Source: a virus (lineage: Duplodnaviria; Caudoviricetes). From it: DNA of 64,000 nt. Shown piece after piece: positions 20,126 through 29,382 of this stretch; positions within the stretch are counted from its first letter, which is position 1; every line of letters begins with the position of its first letter. The DNA is taken from IMG/VR virus record IMGVR_UViG_3300034520_000094, positions 1,522 to 65,521 of that record. One strand, 5' to 3'. The notes beneath the pieces are model-generated. The model worked only from the letters and a program-made list of their open reading frames with translations, did not search any database and was not told where the DNA came from. The position numbers and the translations under genes are program-made.

Positions 20126-20416
20126 ATGAAGTTGTTAACGAAAGAGTTAGAAGCCAAGCTGCCGAGATTGTACAAAGGAACTCAGATTGCGTACGTTAAG
20201 TTTTTTACGCCATGGTCTAATTGGACATGGTATGCTTGCGAGTATGACCCAGAGGAGAAAGTGTTCTTTGGATATGTAGAAGGTTTAGAAAAGGAATGGG
20301 GCTACTTTAGCTTACAGGAGCTAGAATCAGTTAGAGGACCTTGGGGACTAAAGGTTGAGAGAGATATGTATTTTAGCCCAAGAGTAGTTGGAGGTGAAAC
20401 ATATGAGCGTTGCTAA
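20126..20416 (+). CDS. DUF2958-like protein
   Basis: VKFFTPWSNWTWY...FFGYV...EWGYFSL.EL...VERDMYF. Confidence 0.8.
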   Translation: MKLLTKELEAKLPRLYKGTQIAYVKFFTPWSNWTWYACEYDPEEKVFFGYVEGLEKEWGYFSLQELESVRGPWGLKVERDMYFSPRVVGGETYERC

Positions 20417-21041
20417 TGTTGTGTATAGGAAAGAGATAAATGACGTAAGGTTGACGGTATATGAAGATGTTAACCCAGAATCGCCAAGAAGTTGGTCAAA
20501 TATTGGAACTATGGTATGCGGGCATAGGAAGTATAAGTTAGGGGATAGGAATATTGGTGCTGACAGCAAGTATAGAAATTGGGATGAATGGCTTCAGGGT
20601 GAAGTATTGAGGCCCAACGGTGGCGAAGACAATGTTGTGTATTTGCCTTTGTATTTGTATGACCATGGTGGACTTGCAATTAGCACAACAGGTTTTGGAG
20701 ACTCGTGGGACAGCGGACAAGTTGGATGGATTTATGTAACTAAAAGGCAGTTTGACAAAAAGGATGTGCATCATGATTACGAGCTTATGTTCAGCGAGGA
20801 AGCAAAGAAGAGGACACGAGAGCTTTTGCAGAAGGAAGTTGAATTGTATAATGATTATTTGCAAGGGAATGTATATGGATTTGTATTGGAGCAGAAAAAG
20901 ACATGTGATTGCTGTGGGGCTGTAAGGTACGAAGAGATTGAGTCATGCTGGGGATTTTACGGTGATGGGGCAATAAAGGATATGAAGAATAGCGTGGCAG
21001 TTGAGTATCAGCCATTGTTTGCTGCAATAGAGGAGGAATAG
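20403..21041 (+). CDS. Hypothetical protein (mobile-element family)
   Basis: LPLYLYDHGGLAIST...WDSGQVGWIY...ESCWGFYG. Confidence 0.7.
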   Translation: MSVANVVYRKEINDVRLTVYEDVNPESPRSWSNIGTMVCGHRKYKLGDRNIGADSKYRNWDEWLQGEVLRPNGGEDNVVYLPLYLYDHGGLAISTTGFGDSWDSGQVGWIYVTKRQFDKKDVHHDYELMFSEEAKKRTRELLQKEVELYNDYLQGNVYGFVLEQKKTCDCCGAVRYEEIESCWGFYGDGAIKDMKNSVAVEYQPLFAAIEEE

Positions 21042-21809
21042 ATGATGGGTTTAGATTGGCATTCAGTGATTAAGGCAACGATAGAGTATCACGAAGAGTA
21101 CATTCGTAGATATTACGCTGAAGAGTTGGAAAATGGTGAGGACCTGGAAGACCTGATTAAGAAATATGCTCCGAATGTAATGAAGCCCTGTTCCAAGGTT
21201 GGAGCACAGCGTATGAGGGATTTGCCAGATTTTGATAAGCGGATTGAAGACGAGTTGGCAAGATGGAAAGAGAAAGCTGCAAAAGAGAAGGAGCGGGGTG
21301 AAGATTGCGACTCACGATTTGTTGATTTCTGGGAGAAGATGACCGTTGAGGAGCTGAAGAAGTTGGACGGAGACAAGTGGTTCTGTGATACATGTCCGTT
21401 TTTGGCCCAGTTGAATGGGGCTGATGCAACTGGCAACATGTTTATTGGTATTACTGTTGAGTCCTGCGATTTCCGTGGAAAAAGGATAAGTGCGGATGAA
21501 GTGCTTTCGGAAAGTCTGCGGGAAGAAGCATATGAGGAGCACGACATCGAAGGGATGTTGGAGTATGCAGATAGGTTGGAAGAAGAGTTGACTAGACTTC
21601 GTGGTGGACCTGCTTTGGAGAAGCAGAGTTATCAAGATTACTCGAAAGAGTTTGACGAGGACATATGGATGCAGATAACGAAGGAACCGAAGCTGACTGA
21701 AGAAGAGTATGAAAAGATTACGCATTGGCGGGAAGAGAATTTGCTTCAGGCGATTCATTGGCTTAGAACATGTGCGAATAACGGTATTGAAATGAGAACA
21801 AGTTATTAG
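21042..21809 (+). CDS. Hypothetical acidic protein
   Basis: 255 aa, RBS GAGGAGG; MGLD N-terminus. Confidence 0.7.
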   Translation: MMGLDWHSVIKATIEYHEEYIRRYYAEELENGEDLEDLIKKYAPNVMKPCSKVGAQRMRDLPDFDKRIEDELARWKEKAAKEKERGEDCDSRFVDFWEKMTVEELKKLDGDKWFCDTCPFLAQLNGADATGNMFIGITVESCDFRGKRISADEVLSESLREEAYEEHDIEGMLEYADRLEEELTRLRGGPALEKQSYQDYSKEFDEDIWMQITKEPKLTEEEYEKITHWREENLLQAIHWLRTCANNGIEMRTSY

Positions 21810-21826
21810 AAAGAGGAGGAATAGTT

Positions 21827-22174
21827 ATGAAGAAGTATTTTGAAACAAGTGGTAGTCCAGTAGAGATTAAGATTAGCACAGGATATGAGCTTGGTGGGCA
21901 GAACTATTTTACTGGTACAGTAGGCCAGCGAGGGTACTACTTGTATGCACAGCCTGTTGAGAGAAGTGCTAGTGCTGGTGGGTTTAGATGTGAGTCTACG
22001 ATGCTGTTTTCCGGATTTAAGGTTTTGCTTGTTCCTACGAAACGTAAGAGTAAGAAGGCAGAAGAGCAGGCAGAGGAAATGGCAAAAGAACAGGCGTATT
22101 ATTATGCTCAACAGTTAGCAAGCCAGGAGGGGCTAGAGCTGACTGGTATCGTAGATGATGCGGAAGAATTTTAG
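21827..22174 (+). CDS. Hypothetical protein
   Basis: YELGGQNYFTG...RGYYL motif; RBS. Confidence 0.7.
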   Translation: MKKYFETSGSPVEIKISTGYELGGQNYFTGTVGQRGYYLYAQPVERSASAGGFRCESTMLFSGFKVLLVPTKRKSKKAEEQAEEMAKEQAYYYAQQLASQEGLELTGIVDDAEEF

Positions 22175-22182
22175 ATTAGAGC

Positions 22183-22211
22183 TTGACACAGAAAGTAATA
22201 TCTGATATAAT
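22183..22211 (+). promoter_or_regulatory. sigmaA promoter
   Basis: TTGACA-cagaaagtaatatctga-TATAAT. Confidence 0.8.
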
Positions 22212-22280
22212 GAAAATAAGGGTAACTATTTAGTACCTGAAAAATAAGATGGCTCAAAGAGGCCGAAAGGAGAAAGAAAA

Positions 22281-22937
22281 ATGTCTAGTTTTCAAGAACA
22301 GTTGAACAGGAATAGAGGGTATGGGGCGTTTACGGAGAAAGAAAAGGAAGCAGAAGAACGGCAAAAGAATTATGTTAATCGTTTTTGGTTGCCTGCTGAC
22401 TCAAGTGCACGTATTGTTTTCTTAGACGATAATCCACCGATTATTGAGGAACATCAGCTTCAGATTGATGGAGATTGGAGACATTGGTTTACATGCCTTA
22501 GAATGATAGGTGAAGCCTGTCCGATTTGTGATAGTTTAGATAATAAGCCGTATACGGTCGGGTTTTATACGATTATTGATATGTCTGAATGGAAAGATAA
22601 GAGTGGTAAGACTCATAAGAATGAACTCAAGCTGTTTCCTGCAAAGTTTAAGACCTTGCAAGTATTGAAACGGCTCTCGGCAAAGAGGGGCAGTTTAGAG
22701 GGCTGTGTTTTTGAGGTTTCCAGAAGTACGTCGGATGCGCCGAATACGGGAGATGTATTTGATTTTGAAACTAAGTTATCAAAAGACGAGATTTTGGAGT
22801 TATGCCCAGATGCTCAGCCATTTGATTATGCTGATATTTTAGAGCCGAAATCGGTAGGTGCTATCATGGAAGTTTTGAAGAGAGCATCGAAGCGTAGTGC
22901 AAGCAGAAGCATAGATAGCGATAGAATAGATTGGTAG
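22281..22937 (+). CDS. Single-stranded DNA-binding protein (gp32-like)
   Basis: RIVFLDD...EH...FTC...CPICD Zn motif; upstream of polymerase; ends IDW. Confidence 0.7.
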   Translation: MSSFQEQLNRNRGYGAFTEKEKEAEERQKNYVNRFWLPADSSARIVFLDDNPPIIEEHQLQIDGDWRHWFTCLRMIGEACPICDSLDNKPYTVGFYTIIDMSEWKDKSGKTHKNELKLFPAKFKTLQVLKRLSAKRGSLEGCVFEVSRSTSDAPNTGDVFDFETKLSKDEILELCPDAQPFDYADILEPKSVGAIMEVLKRASKRSASRSIDSDRIDW

Positions 22938-22950
22938 TTATGATAGGAAA

Positions 22951-22989
22951 AATGGCCTCGGCAGAGATGCTGGGGCTATTTGTCTTTTG
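22951..22989 (+). terminator. Terminator/stem-loop
   Basis: AATGGCCTCGGCA/TGCTGGGGCTATT + T-rich tail. Confidence 0.6.
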
Positions 22990-23004
22990 AAAGGAGGGCA
23001 TTAG

Positions 23005-25758
23005 ATGATTGTTAGAACGCTAGACGAATTGAATTATGTATTCAGTTGTTTAGAACAAGCCAAGCGGTATGGCTTGGACACAGAAACAGTTGACAGAGGT
23101 TATCCCGACATTAAGCTAGTTGGAGTGTCCCTGGCTTGGTCCAGAAACGACGTGGTGTATATCCCTGTAGGGCACAAAGAAGGAGCGCAGCTTCCGCAAG
23201 AGCTAGTGCTAGAGAGATTGAAGAAGTTCATAGAAGGAAATCCACAAAAGATTGCTGTGATGCATAATGCAAAGTATGACATGACCGTATTGGATTTGCT
23301 CGGAGGGATTCAGTTTTCGCCGAATATTTTTGATACGATGGTTGCTGCGTGGCTACTAGATACAGAAAATCCGCATGGGTTAAAGGCGTTAGTTAAACGG
23401 TATTTGAATTATGCTATGACTGAGTTGGATTCCATTACGCCGAAAGAAAAGCACCCTGTAACAGGTGATACGGTGTATCGAACAGACCTTGTTCCAATTG
23501 AAACGCTAGGAACGTATGCAGCAGATGATGCCAGACAGACATTAGCATTGATGGATTTGTTTTTGCCCAGGCTTGAAGCGGATGGGCAGATGAAAGTGTT
23601 CTGCGAGCTAGAAATGCCTAAGATATTTGTATTGAAAGACATTGAAATGAATGGGATTTTGGTAGATGAAGATGCGCTGCGCAGGCATTTGTCGGAAGCT
23701 CCTGCAAGATTGGCCGAGCTTGAGCAGAGGATGTATTCGCTTAGACCGAATGGACAACCGTTTAATGCTAATTCGCCTAAGCAGTTGAATCAGATTTTGT
23801 TTCATGAACTTGGCATAAAGCCAAGCGGAGAGCATGGTAAGTCTGGGTTGTATAGCACAGATAAAGACAAGATGGCATTATGGGCTAATGAACATCCGTT
23901 AGTAGAAGCGATTCTTGAGTATAGAAATCTGTCTAAGCTGCTGGGTACGTATCTGGAGGGGTTGACGAAGCGACTAGGCCCAGACGGGCGTATACACACA
24001 CGATTTAATCAGATTTTGACCACTGGAAGATTGAGTTCGAGTAATCCGAACTTGCAGAATATTCCGAAGCCAGACAAGGACACATTTGGATTGCGAGATT
24101 TGTTTATAGCAGGAGAAGGAAAGAAGCTTGTAGTTGCAGATTATAGTCAGATTGAGTTGAGGGTTTTGGCACATATAAGTAAAGACCCGACGTTTATTAA
24201 GGCGTTTGTAGACGATGTGGACTTGCATAGCTTTGCAGCGAAAGTATTGTTTGATTTGCCTGAACCTTTGTCTGAGGTGAAAGAAAAGCATAAAGTTGAA
24301 CGTAGCATAGGAAAATGTGTAACATGTGATACAAGAATAGCAACAAGAAACGGGCTAGTACGTATTGATAGTTTATCAGATTTTAGAGAGCCTGATAAGT
24401 TCGTAAAGCTTGAGTTGCATGTATTGACCAAAGATGGTGAGAAGACGACTTCGTATTTTTACTACGGTGGAAAGCAGAAGATTTTTAGAATAGAAACTAA
24501 GCAAGGGTTTAAGATAGCTGGAACACCGAATCATAAAGTATTAGTCAGAAGCGGCTCTGAGGATGAATGGAAGAGACTAGATGAATTGGCCATAGGTGAT
24601 AAGCTTGTTATAAAGCTTGGTGGAAATTCGCCTGAGAAGTATGTAAAAGTAAATGGTCCTTTGTGGTCAGATAACGATAGTACAGAAGAAAGTTTGTATG
24701 TTGCAGAGTTAGATGAAAGCTTAGGCAGGTTGCTCGGATATGTGATAGGATTTAGCGAAGTAGGTGGCCAAGAAGTTTCAGTACCAGAGTGTATCTATCG
24801 TTCTCCGCATAGTGTGGTGAAGGAGTTTGTTAGTGCGCTGTTTGAGACTTTAGGCGATGTGATACTAGATGGAGAAGGTAGACTTGCTATGAGTACAAAG
24901 GAAAAAAGCTTTGCACAGGAGATACAGCTTTTGCTTAGTTGGCTTGGCGTTTTAGCAGTGGTGGACGAAAGACCAGGTGGAAGCGATGGCCAGTTATGCT
25001 ATGCTGTATGTATACCGAAGGGTTTTTGGAGAACGTTTCGTGAGAGAGTAGGATTTGTTTCACGCCAGAAGCAGAAGGAGCTTAATGAACTATGTGAGAA
25101 AGACGAAAATGCTATGATTGATTATGCTGAGATTAGTATGATTGAGGAAGACGAAGACGAGGTATTTGACTTTGAAGTGCCTGAAGTGCATAATTTTGTC
25201 GGGAATGGTCTTGTGCAGCATAATACGTTTAATTTTGCTATGGTTTATGGAGCAGGCGTGAAACGGCTTGCGGCTGCGGCAAAGGTTGACGAGAAGAAAG
25301 CGAAGGAATTGCGGGATAGGTACATGGCCATGTTTAGTGGAATTGAACGTTACATTAGTGCGATGCAGGCCAAGGCAGAAGAGGATGGGTATGTGTCTAC
25401 GATTATAGGACGGCGCAGACATTTGAAAGACGCCCAGCTAAGAGGCAGAACTGAGCAAGAGAGAGCGGCAAAAGCAGCTGCTTTGAGACAGGCTAGTAAT
25501 AGTCCTGTCCAAGGGTCGGCGGCAGATATCTTGTTTATTGCGATGAGGAATATCAGAAATAGGCTTATAAAAGAAGGATTGACCGATAAGATTAAGATGG
25601 TTTTGCAGGTGCATGATGAACTGTTGTTTGAGGTAGACGAGCGGATAGCAGAATATGCTGCGGAGCTTGTTAAGCATGAGATGGAGACAGCAGTAAAGTT
25701 GCGGGTTCCACTGATAGCAGATACAGAAATCGGGATGCGTTGGAGCGACTGTAAATAA
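23005..25758 (+). CDS. polA: Family A DNA polymerase (3'-5' exo + pol) with intein
   Basis: GLDTET, HNAKYD, TGRLSSSNPNLQNIP, ADYSQIELR, K|TFNFAMVYG, QGSAAD, QVHDEL. Confidence 0.95.
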   Translation: MIVRTLDELNYVFSCLEQAKRYGLDTETVDRGYPDIKLVGVSLAWSRNDVVYIPVGHKEGAQLPQELVLERLKKFIEGNPQKIAVMHNAKYDMTVLDLLGGIQFSPNIFDTMVAAWLLDTENPHGLKALVKRYLNYAMTELDSITPKEKHPVTGDTVYRTDLVPIETLGTYAADDARQTLALMDLFLPRLEADGQMKVFCELEMPKIFVLKDIEMNGILVDEDALRRHLSEAPARLAELEQRMYSLRPNGQPFNANSPKQLNQILFHELGIKPSGEHGKSGLYSTDKDKMALWANEHPLVEAILEYRNLSKLLGTYLEGLTKRLGPDGRIHTRFNQILTTGRLSSSNPNLQNIPKPDKDTFGLRDLFIAGEGKKLVVADYSQIELRVLAHISKDPTFIKAFVDDVDLHSFAAKVLFDLPEPLSEVKEKHKVERSIGKCVTCDTRIATRNGLVRIDSLSDFREPDKFVKLELHVLTKDGEKTTSYFYYGGKQKIFRIETKQGFKIAGTPNHKVLVRSGSEDEWKRLDELAIGDKLVIKLGGNSPEKYVKVNGPLWSDNDSTEESLYVAELDESLGRLLGYVIGFSEVGGQEVSVPECIYRSPHSVVKEFVSALFETLGDVILDGEGRLAMSTKEKSFAQEIQLLLSWLGVLAVVDERPGGSDGQLCYAVCIPKGFWRTFRERVGFVSRQKQKELNELCEKDENAMIDYAEISMIEEDEDEVFDFEVPEVHNFVGNGLVQHNTFNFAMVYGAGVKRLAAAAKVDEKKAKELRDRYMAMFSGIERYISAMQAKAEEDGYVSTIIGRRRHLKDAQLRGRTEQERAAKAAALRQASNSPVQGSAADILFIAMRNIRNRLIKEGLTDKIKMVLQVHDELLFEVDERIAEYAAELVKHEMETAVKLRVPLIADTEIGMRWSDCK
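24316..25224 (+). mobile_element. Intein (303 aa) with degenerate LAGLIDADG endonuclease in PolA motif B
   Basis: Starts CVTCDT after GK, block B GTPNHKV, ends VQHN|T. Confidence 0.9.
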
Positions 25759-25896
25759 TCATGTTTATTATACAGTTTTACAAAGCTTATTTAGGCCATT
25801 TTAGAGCTTTTTGTCGTGCACCTTTATCTACTCTTTTTATGAATAGAAAAGAAAGATTCTTGGGCAAATTATGAATACGGTTTTGCTATAAGGTTT

Positions 25897-25927
25897 AGCG
25901 CAGCTAATTGCTGCGCTGTTCTTTTTA
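25897..25927 (+). terminator. Terminator (copy of 19160)
   Basis: AGCGCAGC-taatt-GCTGCGCT-gttcttttt. Confidence 0.8.
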
Positions 25928-25963
25928 GCCAAAAAATTTTTTTAATTTTTATGAAATCTGCTA

Positions 25964-25992
25964 TTGACAAATAATTCGTTATATGATATAAT
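25964..25992 (+). promoter_or_regulatory. sigmaA promoter
   Basis: TTGACA-17-TATAAT. Confidence 0.85.
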
Positions 25993-26040
25993 GAAATCAT
26001 AATAAACTAATAAATAAGAAATGGAAAGGAACTGATAAAC

Positions 26041-26319
26041 ATGACTAAGAAAGAGAAAGAGATACAGAAGATAGAGAGCAAGATAGCTACCATAGAGAGC
26101 GCAATTAAGATTATGGAAGAGCTCAGCATTGAGAACCAAGACAAAGTTATAAAGAACAATGAAGAAATAGCAATGGAAAAAGACCTAGAAAAGAAAAAAG
26201 CTCTTGAAGCAGAGAACGAAAGGTTAGTCGGATATATAGTAATGTATAGAGGACTAATTGATAATGAAAGCAAGACTTTGGCAGAGTTAAAAACTCAATT
26301 GGAAAAAATGAAGAGGTAA
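26041..26319 (+). CDS. Coiled-coil protein (paralogue of 19687)
   Basis: Clear end-to-end similarity to 19687. Confidence 0.75.
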   Translation: MTKKEKEIQKIESKIATIESAIKIMEELSIENQDKVIKNNEEIAMEKDLEKKKALEAENERLVGYIVMYRGLIDNESKTLAELKTQLEKMKR

Positions 26320-26359
26320 GAGTAGTAAGGACATTAGGCAGAAGATAAGGAGGGATATT

Positions 26360-26539
26360 ATGTATGTGAATCCATGCAAGGGATGCGAACCACCGAAGCG
26401 AAGTGTAGAGCCGAATTGCCATAGTTGTTGTACAGAGTATCTCGAATGGAGAAGAGGATATGAAGCGGAAAGGGAAAAGGAGCGGGAAGAACGAAAGAAA
26501 GAGCAAGATGTGTATACGGTGCTTGCTAAGCTCAATTAG
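26360..26539 (+). CDS. Small Cys-rich protein (59 aa)
   Basis: RBS AAGGAGG; MYVNPCKGC...NCHSCCTEYLEW; not in track. Confidence 0.65.
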   Translation: MYVNPCKGCEPPKRSVEPNCHSCCTEYLEWRRGYEAEREKEREERKKEQDVYTVLAKLN

Positions 26540-26551
26540 TAAAATTCGCTA

Positions 26552-26580
26552 TTGACACAGAACTAGTTATATGTTATAAT
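26552..26580 (+). promoter_or_regulatory. sigmaA promoter
   Basis: TTGACA-cagaactagttatatgt-TATAAT. Confidence 0.85.
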
Positions 26581-26617
26581 AAAAGAAAAAACTAATAAAT
26601 GAAAAGGAGATAGAGAA

Positions 26618-26920
26618 ATGAAGAATACGGAAACAGGAGTTACCCAATGTGAAAATGCCAAAATGATAAAGTTGCTTACATATGACAGGGATAACCTGCC
26701 AAACGACAAGAAGTTAAGAGAGATAGTTATGGAAGCTATGGATTTGGCAGACGTGGATAAGATAACGACACGGCAGTTGTGGGCTATTTCGTTAGCAAGC
26801 TTGTTTCAGCTCAATAGATTTAGTGATATTGCTACGGAAGAGGACAAGGATGCAGTAAAAGAGTATTTGAACTTCGTAAAAGAGAATATTGAACTTATGT
26901 TGTTTTTGCTCAATATGTAA
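26618..26920 (+). CDS. Hypothetical protein
   Basis: After promoter cassette and AAGGAGA. Confidence 0.65.
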   Translation: MKNTETGVTQCENAKMIKLLTYDRDNLPNDKKLREIVMEAMDLADVDKITTRQLWAISLASLFQLNRFSDIATEEDKDAVKEYLNFVKENIELMLFLLNM

Positions 26921-26942
26921 GCTTGATAGAAGAGAAGGAGAT

Positions 26943-27263
26943 GTGAATAAGATGCGTAAATTGATTATCACGACAAAGACGAGTACAGAGGTGTTATCGA
27001 AGCTTTTAGAAAAACAATATGAAGTTAAGGTGTACAGAAATAAGTATGACTATAAAGAAATGGCGTTCAAAGACGAAGGTTTCAAAGATACGTTCTTTGC
27101 TGTTATGGAGTATCTAAGAAAGAAGAGGATATATGTTTCGGTTTTAGACATTCTAGTGCAAAATGGGCCGAATCCGAAAACGGCAGAATACGAGAGATAT
27201 AAGAACTGGAAGCATACGCCGTATAGTAGAATAGATTACTTTGAAGCAGAAGGAAAAGAGTGA
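26943..27263 (+). CDS. Hypothetical protein
   Basis: GTG after GAAGGAG. Confidence 0.6.
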   Translation: MNKMRKLIITTKTSTEVLSKLLEKQYEVKVYRNKYDYKEMAFKDEGFKDTFFAVMEYLRKKRIYVSVLDILVQNGPNPKTAEYERYKNWKHTPYSRIDYFEAEGKE

Positions 27264-28654
27264 TTAGAATGAGACTAAACAGTTGGTTGGAGATAGAAGA
27301 AGACGATGGGTATAATTTTGATATTTTGAAAGCACGATTGATGGTTCCGAATCCTGATTATGTTTCTAGGATGCAGCAAGGATTTAGCACGGCTGGGTTG
27401 AATAGATTTGACCCGTTGTATGAAGAGGTGCACCGAGATGGAAAGTCTATTTTGAGGGTGCCCAGAGCATTAGTTAATAAGTACGGTGTAGGAAGAGAGG
27501 TGGAAGATTGCAGAGAAGAAGGTAAGGAAGTAGATTTCAAGTTTAGGTTGCGTCTTGGACCGACAGAGGAAAGAGAAGAAGACCAAGTTGACTTTGTAGA
27601 TGCCCTGGTTAAAGCTGTAGAAAAGAATACTGGAGCGATTGGGCAGGCAAATCCTGGATATGGGAAGACGGCCTGTGCACTCGCTATTGTGGCAAGGCTG
27701 TCTAGAACAACAGCTGTGTTGGTTCACAAGTCTTTTTTGATGAATCAGTGGATAGAACGAATAGAAGAAGCTTTTGACATCAGTCCCGATGAAATTGGGA
27801 TGGTGCAGCAAGATGTTTGTGATTTTAGAGGTAAGAAGATTGTTTTGATTATGGCACAGTCCTTGTTGGCAAGGTCATATCCAGAGGAGCTATACAGGTA
27901 TTTTGGCACGGTTGTAGTTGACGAAGTGCATCGATTTGGAGCGGTAGAGTTTAGGAAAGCAATTACGATGTTTCCTGCCAAGTATAGAATAGGTGTAACA
28001 GCTACGCCAAAAAGGAAGGATGGGTTAGAAGATGTGTTCTTTATGCATATTGGCGATATTGCTTTTGTAGGAGCAAAGCGAAGAATGGTTGCCAAGATTC
28101 AGTATGTTAACGCAAAGATGATAGTTACAGATTCTATGAAGAGGGGTATGTTGAACTGGCAGAAGAAGTTTGACTTGAATAAGGTTACGCAGTACATTGT
28201 AGATTGCGAGACAAGGAATAGGCAAATTGTTCAGCTTTTAGTACAGGCTTTGAAGGCGGGGCGAAAGATACTGCTGTTGTCGGCAAGACGTGAGCATCTG
28301 AATGTGTTAGCCAAGCTGTTTGAGCTTGAGTGTGTTAAGCAGCATGTTAGGTTTGCATATGGTTTTTACGTAGGTGGAATGGAAGAAGAAGCATTAAGGA
28401 TATCAGCTACACGACCATTGATATTGGCAACGTTTCAGATGGCTCAGGAAGGCTTGGATATCCCAGAATTAGATACGTTGTTTTTGGCCACTCCGAAAGG
28501 TGATGTTACGCAGGCTGTAGGTAGGATTCTACGGAAATATGATGGGAAAAAGCAACCGATGGTTGTAGACATCCTTGATAATGATATTTTGCTGTGCGAG
28601 AACCTGGCCAGGAAGAGAGCAAAGCAATATCGTGAGATGGGATGTATTTTTTAA
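27260..28654 (+). CDS. Superfamily 2 helicase (UvsW/XPB-like)
   Basis: PGYGKT, DEVH, TATP, EGLDIP, QAVGRILR. Confidence 0.9.
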   Translation: MIRMRLNSWLEIEEDDGYNFDILKARLMVPNPDYVSRMQQGFSTAGLNRFDPLYEEVHRDGKSILRVPRALVNKYGVGREVEDCREEGKEVDFKFRLRLGPTEEREEDQVDFVDALVKAVEKNTGAIGQANPGYGKTACALAIVARLSRTTAVLVHKSFLMNQWIERIEEAFDISPDEIGMVQQDVCDFRGKKIVLIMAQSLLARSYPEELYRYFGTVVVDEVHRFGAVEFRKAITMFPAKYRIGVTATPKRKDGLEDVFFMHIGDIAFVGAKRRMVAKIQYVNAKMIVTDSMKRGMLNWQKKFDLNKVTQYIVDCETRNRQIVQLLVQALKAGRKILLLSARREHLNVLAKLFELECVKQHVRFAYGFYVGGMEEEALRISATRPLILATFQMAQEGLDIPELDTLFLATPKGDVTQAVGRILRKYDGKKQPMVVDILDNDILLCENLARKRAKQYREMGCIF

Positions 28655-28663
28655 TTTTCGCAC

Positions 28664-28692
28664 TTGACACAGATACTACTATATGATATAAT
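28664..28692 (+). promoter_or_regulatory. sigmaA promoter
   Basis: TTGACA-cagatactactatatga-TATAAT. Confidence 0.85.
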
Positions 28693-28730
28693 AAAGAAAA
28701 AACCAATAAAAATTGAAAGAGGTGTACAAG

Positions 28731-29372
28731 ATGGGTAAAGAAGTAAAAGAATTAGTGGTAATTGACAAGGTTACAAAGACAGGCAAGGATGTGGATTCAC
28801 TGGAAAAGCTGATTAGCAGATTGCCAGAGGTTCCGACCGAAGAGTTGGTTACAGGGTTTAGGCTAGTGAACAGCTATAGCAAGAAAATGGAACAATTTGT
28901 AGACGCAGTGAAGAAAGAATTGGTAGATAACAAGGAGCAGACTGGAAGGTTTTTGACAGAAGGGATTCCAGATGAAAAAGGGCATTTGTATTTGTCGGGT
29001 GTAGAAGACGATGAACTGAAAGCAGAACGAAGAGTTTATGCTAAGTTCAATGAGGAAAAGGCCGCTGAGTTACTCAAGGAAAAAGGCTTGTTTGAGTTGG
29101 GAAGTGATACAGTAGTAGATTGCAAAGACCCAGCTCATGCTTTGGATTTAGTCCAGGAAGCATTGGAGAAGTTGAGAAATGGTGAAGGAGTTGAGGATGC
29201 AATAGCATGTATGAACGAGTTGAAAGATTTGTTTGAAGTGAATTATGTTGCTTCGGAACCAAAGGTGGAGGCACTTGTAGCCCTGGGTAAGATTGATAGC
29301 AGCGAAGTTGCACAGGTAATGGATGTAAGTATTCAGTATGCAGTCAAAGAAGTAAAGGCAAAAAAGAAATGA
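28731..29372 (+). CDS. Hypothetical protein
   Basis: ATG after GAGGTG. Confidence 0.7.
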   Translation: MGKEVKELVVIDKVTKTGKDVDSLEKLISRLPEVPTEELVTGFRLVNSYSKKMEQFVDAVKKELVDNKEQTGRFLTEGIPDEKGHLYLSGVEDDELKAERRVYAKFNEEKAAELLKEKGLFELGSDTVVDCKDPAHALDLVQEALEKLRNGEGVEDAIACMNELKDLFEVNYVASEPKVEALVALGKIDSSEVAQVMDVSIQYAVKEVKAKKK

Positions 29373-29382
29373 GGTAGAGTGT

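Noticed and set aside
20025-20129. Short ORF MGFGKEQLKV...
   Set aside because: Runs through a terminator hairpin; probably a remnant or spurious.
25797-25810. TTTTAGAGCT resembling a type II CRISPR repeat start (also ~46625)
   Set aside because: Only ~10 nt match, no array periodicity, rest of repeat absent.
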